From a virus (taxonomy: Duplodnaviria > Caudoviricetes), in the IMG/VR virus record IMGVR_UViG_3300025098_005131: DNA of 64,000 bases; one strand, written 5' to 3'. Both the position numbers and the translations under genes were made by a program. Of the stretch, positions 28,051 to 36,515 are shown in pieces. The stretch's first letter is position 1, and every line of letters starts with the position of its first letter. The notes under the pieces are model-generated. The model was not told the DNA's origin. It saw only the letters and a list, made by a program, of their open reading frames with translations, and searched no databases.

Positions 28051-28671
28051 ATGGACATTCAATCAATCAGAAAAATTATTTTCCCAAAAGTAAATGATAT
28101 CATTGCTAAGCTTGAAGAAGATCAACACGAAATTAAACTAACATTACTTCGAGAAATATTTAATGATGCAATCAATAGTCATCTAAACATTAGTCATACA
28201 AGCAATGTAAGTATTAAAGCTATGTTTTCAGGTAGAGGGCGTGCTTGGGCAAAAGTTAATGTAGACGATAATAACCCAGCCTGGGTCGAAATAAAAAACT
28301 CTTTAAGTCATGAGATATCAACATCTGTCAGTAGTTCAAATATGTTTGCAGAATGTAGTAATATGATTGATATATTTGAGAGTGCTGGGTTTGCATGGAT
28401 AAGATTTTCTTCTTCCTCGAAAGGATTTTCAAAATTTCAGATAAGAACAAAAGGTTCAAAGCTAGAAGACCATATAAAAGTAAGAATAGAAAATACAGAT
28501 TTATTAAATAATAATGTAGTCAATCTTGAAGGAGTTCCTCATAATCTAGGATTAGAAACAGGAATCTTTGAAAACAAAAAATGCATAAAAGAAATTATCA
28601 ACATTCCTGTTGAAACTAAAGACTTAGATGCAGTAGGTATTATAAGACTAGAAGACTTGCTAGATGCCTGA
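28051..28671 (+). CDS. SGRG..W family paralog 3
   Basis: FSGRGRAW..AWIRF..FQIRTKGS. Confidence 0.75.
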   Translation: MDIQSIRKIIFPKVNDIIAKLEEDQHEIKLTLLREIFNDAINSHLNISHTSNVSIKAMFSGRGRAWAKVNVDDNNPAWVEIKNSLSHEISTSVSSSNMFAECSNMIDIFESAGFAWIRFSSSSKGFSKFQIRTKGSKLEDHIKVRIENTDLLNNNVVNLEGVPHNLGLETGIFENKKCIKEIINIPVETKDLDAVGIIRLEDLLDA

Positions 28672-28879
28672 GTTAGTGGTTGGTGAACTTGTTTTATTTA
28701 AATCACCTATGTATCAAAAAGGTTTATTGTGTTTAATAATTTCTATTGACAAGATATATAATATCCCTACTAAGGATTATTTTCTTCAGTACAATTTGTT
28801 TTGTCCAGAATCTATTCATAAATTTAGAATCTGGAATAGTTCTTGTAAAAATTCATCCAAGATAGAAAAGGTAAATTAA
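28664..28879 (+). CDS. small SH3-like hypothetical protein
   Basis: VGELVLF..GLLCLII. Confidence 0.5.
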   Translation: MPELVVGELVLFKSPMYQKGLLCLIISIDKIYNIPTKDYFLQYNLFCPESIHKFRIWNSSCKNSSKIEKVN

Positions 28880-28880
28880 T

Positions 28881-29165
28881 ATGTCAAAGTGTGCTCGATG
28901 TACAACCTGTACTGCTGGTATTATGTGCCAATGTGGTAAATCAAAAAAGAAAGAAAGATCAAGCGTAAATCATCCTGATCATTATATGAAGACATCAGGC
29001 CATGAAGTCATCGACGTGATTGATGCATGGCGTCTTGATTTTAATTTAGGAAATGCAGTTAAATATATTGGTAGAGCAGGAAAAAAGAATCCAGATAAAG
29101 CTGTAGAAGATCTTGAAAAAGCTGTCTGGTATATTACTCACGAAATTAATTCTTTAAAAAAGTAA
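28881..29165 (+). CDS. T7 gp1.7-like nucleotide kinase domain protein
   Basis: VNHPDHY, DFNLGNAVKYI.RAGKK...EDL.KA.WY. Confidence 0.8.
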   Translation: MSKCARCTTCTAGIMCQCGKSKKKERSSVNHPDHYMKTSGHEVIDVIDAWRLDFNLGNAVKYIGRAGKKNPDKAVEDLEKAVWYITHEINSLKK

Positions 29166-29216
29166 AAACAAATACAATTTTTATGTTATATATAGACTCA
29201 AAATAGGAGATTTAAT

Positions 29217-29429
29217 ATGATTAAAGTTAAGAAAATTGTTTGGTCGTTTGATGGAACAGACTTTGAAGATTGTGATTACGAAGAATCAAGAAAGATTGCA
29301 GTATTACCTAAGTCGTTAAAAATAAATGAAGATGATATTGATAGCGACGCGCAAGAAGAAGATATCTTTGAATATCTTGAATCTATTTACGGATTTGAAG
29401 TTGAATCAGTAGTTTTCGAAGAGGACTAA
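29217..29429 (+). CDS. small acidic hypothetical protein
   Basis: SD AGGAGA. Confidence 0.65.
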   Translation: MIKVKKIVWSFDGTDFEDCDYEESRKIAVLPKSLKINEDDIDSDAQEEDIFEYLESIYGFEVESVVFEED

Positions 29430-29478
29430 ACGTGTATTAACATTAATTTTGTTTTATAATAACAAAAAAAAGGAAATT

Positions 29479-30024
29479 ATGAAAAACAAAATTAAAGAAA
29501 AATTTAGTGGTGTAAAACATAAATGGATATACTTTCATACTGATACTGTTGAGTTTCAGCATATTCTAGACAAAATAACAATTGCCATTCATGAAAAAAG
29601 ATTTTCTTCAAAGAAAGCAATAACGCTTATTAAGTCTTTTAAGCTTCATGAAAAAGCTTTTATAAAATTTATAAAAACATCAGGCAGGAAAAAATTTGTT
29701 TGTGTCTGCAATATTATCGACAAGGAAAATAACAAATTAGAAGTTATCTTAAAACCAGAAACCCTTATTAACGCCAATATGCTTTCTAATACGCCTAAGG
29801 CATTGAAGTTATATAAGACAGATGAAAAAAACAAAGGACAATGGAAAAAGCCAGACGATGGATTTGTTGATCCAGTTCAATATCCTTTAGTTGAAGAAGA
29901 GCTTACAGAACTTGGATATGCAATGTACAAAGACTGGACTGAAGAGGTTGCTGCTTCTGGCTTGAGTAGCACTGATTATTATAGAAAGATTTGTGGGACG
30001 CTTAAATTCTATCAGAGAGGATAA
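29479..30024 (+). CDS. divergent SGRG..W family paralog 4
   Basis: KEKFSGVKHKW..KAFIKF..SNTPKALKL. Confidence 0.6.
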   Translation: MKNKIKEKFSGVKHKWIYFHTDTVEFQHILDKITIAIHEKRFSSKKAITLIKSFKLHEKAFIKFIKTSGRKKFVCVCNIIDKENNKLEVILKPETLINANMLSNTPKALKLYKTDEKNKGQWKKPDDGFVDPVQYPLVEEELTELGYAMYKDWTEEVAASGLSSTDYYRKICGTLKFYQRG

Positions 30025-30025
30025 T

Positions 30026-30223
30026 ATGGCTTATTGTAATGTTTGCAGTCGAGAATACCCTAACAAAAGAAAAGAATTAGGGTATGAAACATGTATTAGT
30101 TGTGGTGATAAATTTGCAAAAAAAGAAGCAAAAAGAAAATCTAAGTGTGTTGCTCCCCTATTTAATAAAGGCGCATATCAGTTTATTGGTAATATAAATG
30201 AAGCAAAAACTCTAGGCAGATAA
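30026..30223 (+). CDS. C4 Zn-finger (TraR/DksA-finger-like) small protein
   Basis: CNVC...RKELGYETCISC. Confidence 0.6.
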   Translation: MAYCNVCSREYPNKRKELGYETCISCGDKFAKKEAKRKSKCVAPLFNKGAYQFIGNINEAKTLGR

Positions 30224-30230
30224 TGAAAGT

Positions 30231-30713
30231 TTGGCAATGAAAGAATGCTGGAAGACAGGAAAAAGAGAGTCTATATCTATTAAAGATATGTTTCAAATAT
30301 TAGAGAATGTGTCTAAGTGTGAAGGGCATAAAATAATAGTAGGAACTGATAGTTTTAAATTGGGCTACAACTTTGTCTTTGCTAGCGCTATCTGCGTTTT
30401 AAATTCTGATTTTTATGACAGAAGATATTTTTATATAAGAGAAAAATATAGAGATGATATTTATTTAGACTTATCAAGAAGACTTCTCAAAGAAGCAGAA
30501 GATTCAATTAAGATTGCAATAAATATTAAAGAAAAACTCAATACAGCTAATATTGAAATTCACGCTGATATAAATGAAAGTTTAAATCATTTATCTTCTA
30601 AGTACAAGAATATGATTAAAGGTTATGTGACAGGTTGTGGATTTAATGTAAAAACAAAACCACGATCATTCGTTGCTTCATCAATTGCTGATCTTCATAC
30701 AAGAAAGGCCTAG
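30231..30713 (+). CDS. RNase H-like YkuK family protein
   Basis: IIVGTDS, RLLKEA..SI.IA, EIHADI, AS.IAD. Confidence 0.75.
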   Translation: MAMKECWKTGKRESISIKDMFQILENVSKCEGHKIIVGTDSFKLGYNFVFASAICVLNSDFYDRRYFYIREKYRDDIYLDLSRRLLKEAEDSIKIAINIKEKLNTANIEIHADINESLNHLSSKYKNMIKGYVTGCGFNVKTKPRSFVASSIADLHTRKA

Positions 30714-30957
30714 CATTTTGAGCAGAGTAGCTTCTCACTTTTTAGTCAATATTGAAGAAGTAAACTCTGTTTTTGGTTATAGTATTAAAAACCCTGCAAA
30801 AAAAATAAAGTCTACCTATTTAAAAACAGGTGTATATCTTTGCTTTGTTGATGAAATGTTATTAAATAAAAACATTGACGAACAATTTTGCGAAATATTA
30901 TATGAAGGAGAAATAATAATACTCAGACATAAAGATATTATTAAACTCGTAATATAA
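30673..30957 (+). CDS. hypothetical protein (start uncertain)
   Basis: Operon packing. Confidence 0.4.
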   Translation: MLHQLLIFIQERPSILSRVASHFLVNIEEVNSVFGYSIKNPAKKIKSTYLKTGVYLCFVDEMLLNKNIDEQFCEILYEGEIIILRHKDIIKLVI

Positions 30958-30987
30958 ACACTTATATTTAATATAAGGAGGTGTATT

Positions 30988-31239
30988 ATGTCCACTTTAT
31001 TAATTACTGTTAATGATGCAAACAATACGTTTGAAATTGCAAACAAAACAAAGATTTATGTTTTTGACAATGTAAAGGAATACAAAGAAGAGTTGTGTGA
31101 CATTATTGAAAAAAATAAAATGTCTTACGTTGAAATAAAGTCTTTAGTTGAAAGCTGGGGAGGAAACATTGATTTAGTTGATTTGAATACTTTAATAAAA
31201 AATTATAAAAAAAATGAGACAAAAGGGTTACCAATTTAA
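30988..31239 (+). CDS. hypothetical protein
   Basis: Strong SD AAGGAGG. Confidence 0.65.
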   Translation: MSTLLITVNDANNTFEIANKTKIYVFDNVKEYKEELCDIIEKNKMSYVEIKSLVESWGGNIDLVDLNTLIKNYKKNETKGLPI

Positions 31240-31284
31240 ATTTAGTGTTTAAATTATTCATAACAATATTTTAGGAGAAAAATT

Positions 31285-31686
31285 ATGTTTAACACAGTTT
31301 ATGGAGAATTTCCAGTCAATTGCTATTCTTATAAAGACTACAGTAAAGTAATTGATGCTATTACAAATGATGTTTTAAATCTTGCGTCTTCAGCAAATAA
31401 TTCATCTTATTTATTAAAAGAAATAGACAGTAATCTTGTTTTTGATTGTATTGCGACTAGTATTACAAAAGAAAATCTGTCTATAACTTTTAAAGATAGA
31501 AAGCTCATCGTAAAGACTATTGATGAATCAAAAGATTTATCTTATTTCAAGCCTGTTAATATTTCTTTAACTCTAAGAAAAGATATTGATGTTAAGTCTT
31601 CTTTTGCAGAACTTGAAAACGGTGTTCTTAAAATCACGATGCCTTTAAAAGAAGACTCTAAAGAAAAGAAGATTAGCTTTAAATAA
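31285..31686 (+). CDS. small heat-shock protein (Hsp20)
   Basis: Alpha-crystallin C-terminus AELENGVLKITMP...KISF. Confidence 0.8.
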   Translation: MFNTVYGEFPVNCYSYKDYSKVIDAITNDVLNLASSANNSSYLLKEIDSNLVFDCIATSITKENLSITFKDRKLIVKTIDESKDLSYFKPVNISLTLRKDIDVKSSFAELENGVLKITMPLKEDSKEKKISFK

Positions 31687-31708
31687 AGATTTTGAAAAAA
31701 GAAAACAA

Positions 31709-31736
31709 AAAAAAACCAGCTTACGCTGGTTTTTTT
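31709..31736. terminator. bidirectional intrinsic terminator at the strand switch
   Basis: A-tract-CCAGC-TTAC-GCTGG-T7 between convergent genes. Confidence 0.9.
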
Positions 31737-31757
31737 GTATTTAAAAAAAGAATTAAA

Positions 31758-32015
31758 TTATTGATCGATAGTAATAGATTTCTGCGAAGTGTAAAGTGTT
31801 TCTTCTCCTTCAACGATATCTATAGTTTCTACATTATCTTCTAGATAACCTATATAGCCTTGTCCTTCTATATAGACCTCACACTCATGACTATATAGTT
31901 TTACTCTATGTTTATCTAGCAAAGCTCTTAAGTCATTTAAAAAATACTTGACTCTCTTGTCAGCACTTGCATTTAACTGCATATAGTCTGTCTCTGTAAA
32001 TCCTTTAGATGTCAT
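31758..32015 (-). CDS. hypothetical protein
   Basis: SD, ends at the terminator. Confidence 0.6.
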   Translation of the reverse strand: MTSKGFTETDYMQLNASADKRVKYFLNDLRALLDKHRVKLYSHECEVYIEGQGYIGYLEDNVETIDIVEGEETLYTSQKSITIDQ

Positions 32016-32170
32016 TGTTTCCTTTCCTTACGTTAAATATTGACAAATTCCTGGAATAGTAAATGTTATAAAGTATATTATAGCTAAATAAATTGGTGCG
32101 TTTTCGCATTCGTTTTTCATAGTAATCACCTCTTATTTTATGAGGTAATTATATACAATGTGATCAAAGT

Positions 32171-32347
32171 TTATAAAAATGTTATGTTTTTATTTGACAT
32201 TACTAAAATGTTATTGTTTAATAAGATTCTAAACCACTTAAGTCTATCTGTTGTTACATTATTGTATTCATCTATTACTAAGCACGGAGCACCTTTATAA
32301 TTACCGCTATTGATAATACCTAACCTGTTTCTTGTTTTGCGTTTCAT
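32171..32347 (-). CDS. 58-aa SH3-like ORF (below track cutoff)
   Basis: MKRKTRNRLGIINSGNYKGAPCLVID...FRILLNN. Confidence 0.45.
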   Translation of the reverse strand: MKRKTRNRLGIINSGNYKGAPCLVIDEYNNVTTDRLKWFRILLNNNILVMSNKNITFL

Positions 32348-32371
32348 AGGTTTCGCTTCGTCAAATCTGCT
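32337..32371. repeat. 35-bp direct repeat (28/35 with 33902-33936) containing TTGC-N17-CGTCAA
   Basis: 15-bp identical core TTCGTCAAATCTGCT. Confidence 0.75.
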
Positions 32372-32377
32372 TCTAAT

Positions 32378-33001
32378 CTACTTGACAAAAAGAAAAGATA
32401 TCATGATAATAAGAAGAACCCACATGAGATTGTTATCACGACTTTGATTACAGCTTTCATGGCTTTCGTTAATATTAGGTCTTTCTTGTCTTTTAGCAGT
32501 TATTTTGTTTTTATTGTCATGATTTATAATGTTATTACTATCACTAATTACTAAATCAAGTTCAGCACACGTGCTGCCCCATTGCGTAGGACAGCCATCA
32601 TCAACATTTAAAATGCCGTCGCCATCACTGTCATCATCACAGCCGTCTCCCCAATCATCGCCGTCCATATCTTCTTGCATTGGATTATAATACTCAAGGC
32701 AATTATCACACATATCACCAGTGTTATCGCCATCCATGTCTAATTGATCTGGGTTAGGATAACGCATGCAATTATCATAAGGATCTTCAACACCATCATC
32801 ATCATAATCATCAGCATTCTGATGAGAATCGCCTAAATCTGTGTTTGCTATTAACACTGATCCTTTTCCGCCACCTCCGCCGCCGCTTTGATTAGGCGTA
32901 CCACATTGTTCAAAATTGTTATCGCATTCATAACTTTGACCCCATGATATATTGTTCATGAAAACAAAGAAAGACAAACAGAGGCCAAAATAAAACCTCA
33001 T
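32378..33001 (-). CDS. secreted thrombospondin type-3 repeat protein with C-terminal anchor
   Basis: Signal peptide, DxDxDGxGDxCD repeats, C-terminal SC...W-hydrophobic-K. True start likely 33001. Confidence 0.75.
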   Translation of the reverse strand: MRFYFGLCLSFFVFMNNISWGQSYECDNNFEQCGTPNQSGGGGGGKGSVLIANTDLGDSHQNADDYDDDGVEDPYDNCMRYPNPDQLDMDGDNTGDMCDNCLEYYNPMQEDMDGDDWGDGCDDDSDGDGILNVDDGCPTQWGSTCAELDLVISDSNNIINHDNKNKITAKRQERPNINESHESCNQSRDNNLMWVLLIIMISFLFVK

Positions 33002-33002
33002 T

Positions 33003-33842
33003 CTAATTTCCTTTGACAAGGTGAATCCACCCAGGTAAATAAGCACTTCCATTTGAAGTAAAGACTGCATTCTCAAAAGCTTTTTTCGAATACTTTGTAA
33101 CACCGTTATAGTTGCCTGATGTGTATCCGCACTTAAAACAACCATCCCATTTACCAGCTGGATCATTAACATAATAATACTGACTATCATATCCTCTAAC
33201 AACCAAGACATGACCGTAAGACGTAAAATAGCCGTGGACAATCGCAATGTAACCTTGAGATAATGCTGAAGTTAGATCTTCTGGTGATGCATTAGTATAT
33301 GTATTGATTTTACTTGTTGCCGCGTAACTGCTATATACATAGTTCAGACCTGATGGCGATTGTGCCATGTCTTTGCCCCATCTAGAAAATATTTCGTCTG
33401 GGTGAATGCTGTATTGGAAGTGACTCAAAACCATTGCAACAGATGTATTCTGGCATGTTGAAGACGGATGATTTCTATTATCATATTGATTGTAATACGG
33501 CAGTTCAGAAGTCTGATTATTTTGAGTTTCTATTGATTCTTGAACATCTTCTTGTTGAATCCATAAGTTTTCCGGAATTGAGTCTTGACTACATAAAGTA
33601 TACGCATCGCCTTCTTTTACACATGCGCAAGGACCTTCAATACAGTCGTATTGTTTTTCCTGAATATTGTAAGATACTGCATAACTAGAATAAATACATT
33701 GTGTATTACAAGTTGCTCCAACGTGCTTAACTTCAGAATACGACTTACTTCTAAAATCTGATTCGTAACCTTGGTAACCTGTCAACTCATCTGAACAGTT
33801 TAATGCTAACAATGAAAAAAGTAAAACCAATTTTTGTTTCAT
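33003..33842 (-). CDS. lipoprotein with peptidase C39-like domain
   Basis: LNC lipobox, YYNQ..N....TCQ.TSVAM, GH..V..GYD...YVNDP. Confidence 0.8.
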   Translation of the reverse strand: MKQKLVLLFSLLALNCSDELTGYQGYESDFRSKSYSEVKHVGATCNTQCIYSSYAVSYNIQEKQYDCIEGPCACVKEGDAYTLCSQDSIPENLWIQQEDVQESIETQNNQTSELPYYNQYDNRNHPSSTCQNTSVAMVLSHFQYSIHPDEIFSRWGKDMAQSPSGLNYVYSSYAATSKINTYTNASPEDLTSALSQGYIAIVHGYFTSYGHVLVVRGYDSQYYYVNDPAGKWDGCFKCGYTSGNYNGVTKYSKKAFENAVFTSNGSAYLPGWIHLVKGN

Positions 33843-33901
33843 AATATCTCCTATGTAGTTATAGTATAAATATATTCTATAATTTATAAATCTAATGTGC
33901 C

Positions 33902-33936
33902 TTGCCGTGCATACGCTTTGATTCGTCAAATCTGCT
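33902..33936. repeat. 35-bp direct repeat, second copy
   Basis: See 32337-32371. Confidence 0.75.
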
Positions 33937-33953
33937 ATTCTTTTTGCAGATAC

Positions 33954-33979
33954 AAAAAAACCAGCAATGAGCTGGTTTT
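33954..33979 (-). terminator. intrinsic terminator
   Basis: CCAGC-N5-GCTGG followed by T7 on the - strand. Confidence 0.85.
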
Positions 33980-34004
33980 AGACATGACTTAGTTTTTTTT
34001 GTTA

Positions 34005-34361
34005 TCAATAAAAGTCTCTAGGTAAGATAGCGTCTAATGACTCTGGGGCACATGTGTTTTCAAGACACCTTCTAAATGTTACAACATCCTTTTCAGACTC
34101 ATCTAACAGAGATTGTGCAGCATTCTCAATTTGTTTTCTTGTCATAGCGTCAGAGATCATCCAAGATGAACACATTTGCGAAAAAATGTCAAGAAATGGA
34201 TGCTCTTCTGCAGAGCTTGCATGATCAAAATCTTTATGTCTTGGGTCATGTGTATCTTGAAATTCTGGCAAGCCAGGATCTGCTGTTATGTCGAGGTCGC
34301 CTATGTTTTCTGCGATAACGCTTCTGATAATGTTTCTTAGTTTACTTTCAGTAATTTTCAT
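34005..34361 (-). CDS. hypothetical protein with L/I-x-E leader
   Basis: MKITESKLRNIIRSVIAE. Confidence 0.7.
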   Translation of the reverse strand: MKITESKLRNIIRSVIAENIGDLDITADPGLPEFQDTHDPRHKDFDHASSAEEHPFLDIFSQMCSSWMISDAMTRKQIENAAQSLLDESEKDVVTFRRCLENTCAPESLDAILPRDFY

Positions 34362-34412
34362 ACTAACTCCAGACTTTAAATGTATATAGTATATATATAT
34401 ATAAAAATCTTA

Positions 34413-34616
34413 TTATCTTATTAACTTTAGAGAATTAATAGAAACAACATCAATAGAGCCATCGTTAAACATGACTTCGTATCTTTGTGGCATTTCTAGA
34501 TTATCATCATGTATATTGAATGACAATTTGAGCTTTTTAACTACTAAAACTGTATGCCCTCTAAAATCGCAAAGCTTACCAGTTAAACTTTTATTTGTTT
34601 TAAAATTTTCTTTCAT
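34413..34616 (-). CDS. small SH3-like protein
   Basis: GKLCDF..VLVV..YEVMF.DG. Confidence 0.55.
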   Translation of the reverse strand: MKENFKTNKSLTGKLCDFRGHTVLVVKKLKLSFNIHDDNLEMPQRYEVMFNDGSIDVVSINSLKLIR

Positions 34617-35892
34617 TACCGTGAATAACCTTTATAACTGGAAATCTTAAAGAGTATTCTCCTAATTGGTTTTTAGATTCTTCAAAGTACTGAACTGTAA
34701 TTGTTTTTCCTAGTATATCATGAGGATTTTTAAACAAGAGTTTACGTTGATCTATTGTAAATCCGCTGCCAACTCTAACAGTGTTTCCTTTATGCTCAAT
34801 GGCTACTCCACTCAACATTTCTTCTTCTACTTCTACTCCTTCTTTAATATATCTAAGAGGACCAAAAAAAGTTTCTATCACCTTATATTCAGAATCGTAA
34901 AAAGTTTTCACCTTCAAGATATCATTAGATCTTTTACCTTGATAAGGAACGTTCTTTCTTAACATTAAACCTTCCCACCCCCTTTTAGAGGCTGTTATTG
35001 TTAGATCATCTAGCTCTTTAAAAGAAGATACCGGAGATTGTTCAAGAAAATTAATTAAATTGTTTTGTTTTCCCAGCATTATATTCTGTAATGCGTTTAT
35101 TCTTTGCGTAAAAAGACCAGTTTCTCCGGATCCTTTAGAAAACATTCTGTAAGGAATAAAGTCAAAGATCTGAAATAGACCGTTTTGGATTGTATGATCT
35201 TTTCTTCCGATTTCTTTCATTATACTTTGAAAGTCTTCATTACCTTCTTCGTCTACGATACACATTTCGCCATCATAAACGACGTTTTTAACACCTAGTT
35301 CTTCAATTTCTTTTTCAACCAAGGATAATGTATGAAATTGTTTTCCTGATCTTGCAAAAGATTTTGCTTTTCCTTTGTCGTCCACAATAATAAGGCAGCG
35401 AACACCATCGAGTTTTCTTGATACATACCAAACATTTTTTTCAAAATCAACTTTCTTCTTTGTTTTTTCATCATACTTATTTGCTAATGCAACATTAAAA
35501 GTAGGAATAAGACCCGGTAAAGCTTTATTAATAATTTTAACTGAGGCTCTAATTTTTAGGTTTCTATCTAGGACTAGATATAGTAAGTCCTTAATCTCAG
35601 GATTACAATAGACATACCCGTTAATTTCTTTTATTGCTCTATGTCCTGTAATTAGTCTTTGATTTAAAGACTCAAGCAACTGAAACATGGAGTCAAATTT
35701 GGTATAATCCTGAGTTATGTCAGGCCTTTTTTCTAAAAGCTTTGTTGTAACATAATACTGAAGAAAATTATTGTAAGTGTAATACAGTACTTTTCTCACG
35801 TTTTTACTTGCTGTTAGAATAGTTTTAACTTTATCGTTAGATGAAGTAGACTTATTCATCTCTTCTAGAAAAGCGTTGACTTCATTAATCAT
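34600..35892 (-). CDS. ATP-dependent DNA ligase
   Basis: KLDGVR, YDGE, FQIFD, EGLMLR, LKVK, VGSGF, LRFP. Confidence 0.95.
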   Translation of the reverse strand: MINEVNAFLEEMNKSTSSNDKVKTILTASKNVRKVLYYTYNNFLQYYVTTKLLEKRPDITQDYTKFDSMFQLLESLNQRLITGHRAIKEINGYVYCNPEIKDLLYLVLDRNLKIRASVKIINKALPGLIPTFNVALANKYDEKTKKKVDFEKNVWYVSRKLDGVRCLIIVDDKGKAKSFARSGKQFHTLSLVEKEIEELGVKNVVYDGEMCIVDEEGNEDFQSIMKEIGRKDHTIQNGLFQIFDFIPYRMFSKGSGETGLFTQRINALQNIMLGKQNNLINFLEQSPVSSFKELDDLTITASKRGWEGLMLRKNVPYQGKRSNDILKVKTFYDSEYKVIETFFGPLRYIKEGVEVEEEMLSGVAIEHKGNTVRVGSGFTIDQRKLLFKNPHDILGKTITVQYFEESKNQLGEYSLRFPVIKVIHGNERKF

Positions 35893-36085
35893 AAAAAGCT
35901 CCTATAGTTTTAATTGCTAAAACGTAAAAAGATAAAAAAATAAGAAGCTCAACGATAATAAACATGCAAATTGCTATATTAAACGCGAGCTTCTTGTCTT
36001 CAAAAAGGTCTTTGTTATGTTGTGTAGTATCGTAATACAAAAAAGCATTAAAGACCAAGATTAAAATTATACCAGCATAAATCAT
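35885..36085 (-). CDS. small membrane protein
   Basis: Two TM segments. Confidence 0.55.
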   Translation of the reverse strand: MIYAGIILILVFNAFLYYDTTQHNKDLFEDKKLAFNIAICMFIIVELLIFLSFYVLAIKTIGAFYD

Positions 36086-36086
36086 G

Positions 36087-36320
36087 TTACTCTATGTAAT
36101 ACAAATCAGTTTCAGCTGATATTGCAAGTGCTTCTAAAAACAACCTTGATTTATAAGGAATACGTTTGTTTTCCTTTCGACAGCTATCATAGACTACTTC
36201 AACTCTTCTTAATGCATCTTGCGGTGATGAAGACTTAAGAGCATATGCAACGATACTTGTCTCGTATTCTCCTAAACCATTCTTGTCAATAGTAATCTTA
36301 AATCTATTCTTTTTTCTCAT
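36087..36320 (-). CDS. hypothetical protein
   Basis: Operon packing. Confidence 0.55.
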   Translation of the reverse strand: MRKKNRFKITIDKNGLGEYETSIVAYALKSSSPQDALRRVEVVYDSCRKENKRIPYKSRLFLEALAISAETDLYYIE

Positions 36321-36515
36321 TGTCTTACCTATTAGTTTGTATAAAGCCGAGCTGCGGTTTGTGCCTTATCTTGTGTCTTGTACTTACCTACAAATGTCCA
36401 ACCACTGGACCATCTGTTTTCAGCTTTATGATAAAGTTTAAAAACATTGTTTTCTTTAGTAATTTTAAATGTTTCTGTATTTATACTATATAACATAATT
36501 TTCCTGTTTATAAAT

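Larger units (their letters stand above)
13984..29460 (+). promoter_or_regulatory. 8 copies of promoter GTGTAA-N17-TATAAT
   Basis: Hexamer at 13984, 15727, 16297, 21533, 24952, 26128, 27994, 29432, each just upstream of an ORF. Confidence 0.75.

Noticed and set aside
32337-33936. Self-cleaving ribozyme or riboswitch for the 35-bp repeat
   Set aside because: I found no CUGAUGA core or supporting stems by eye, and conservation looks like spaced DNA half-sites. An Infernal/Rfam scan would settle it.
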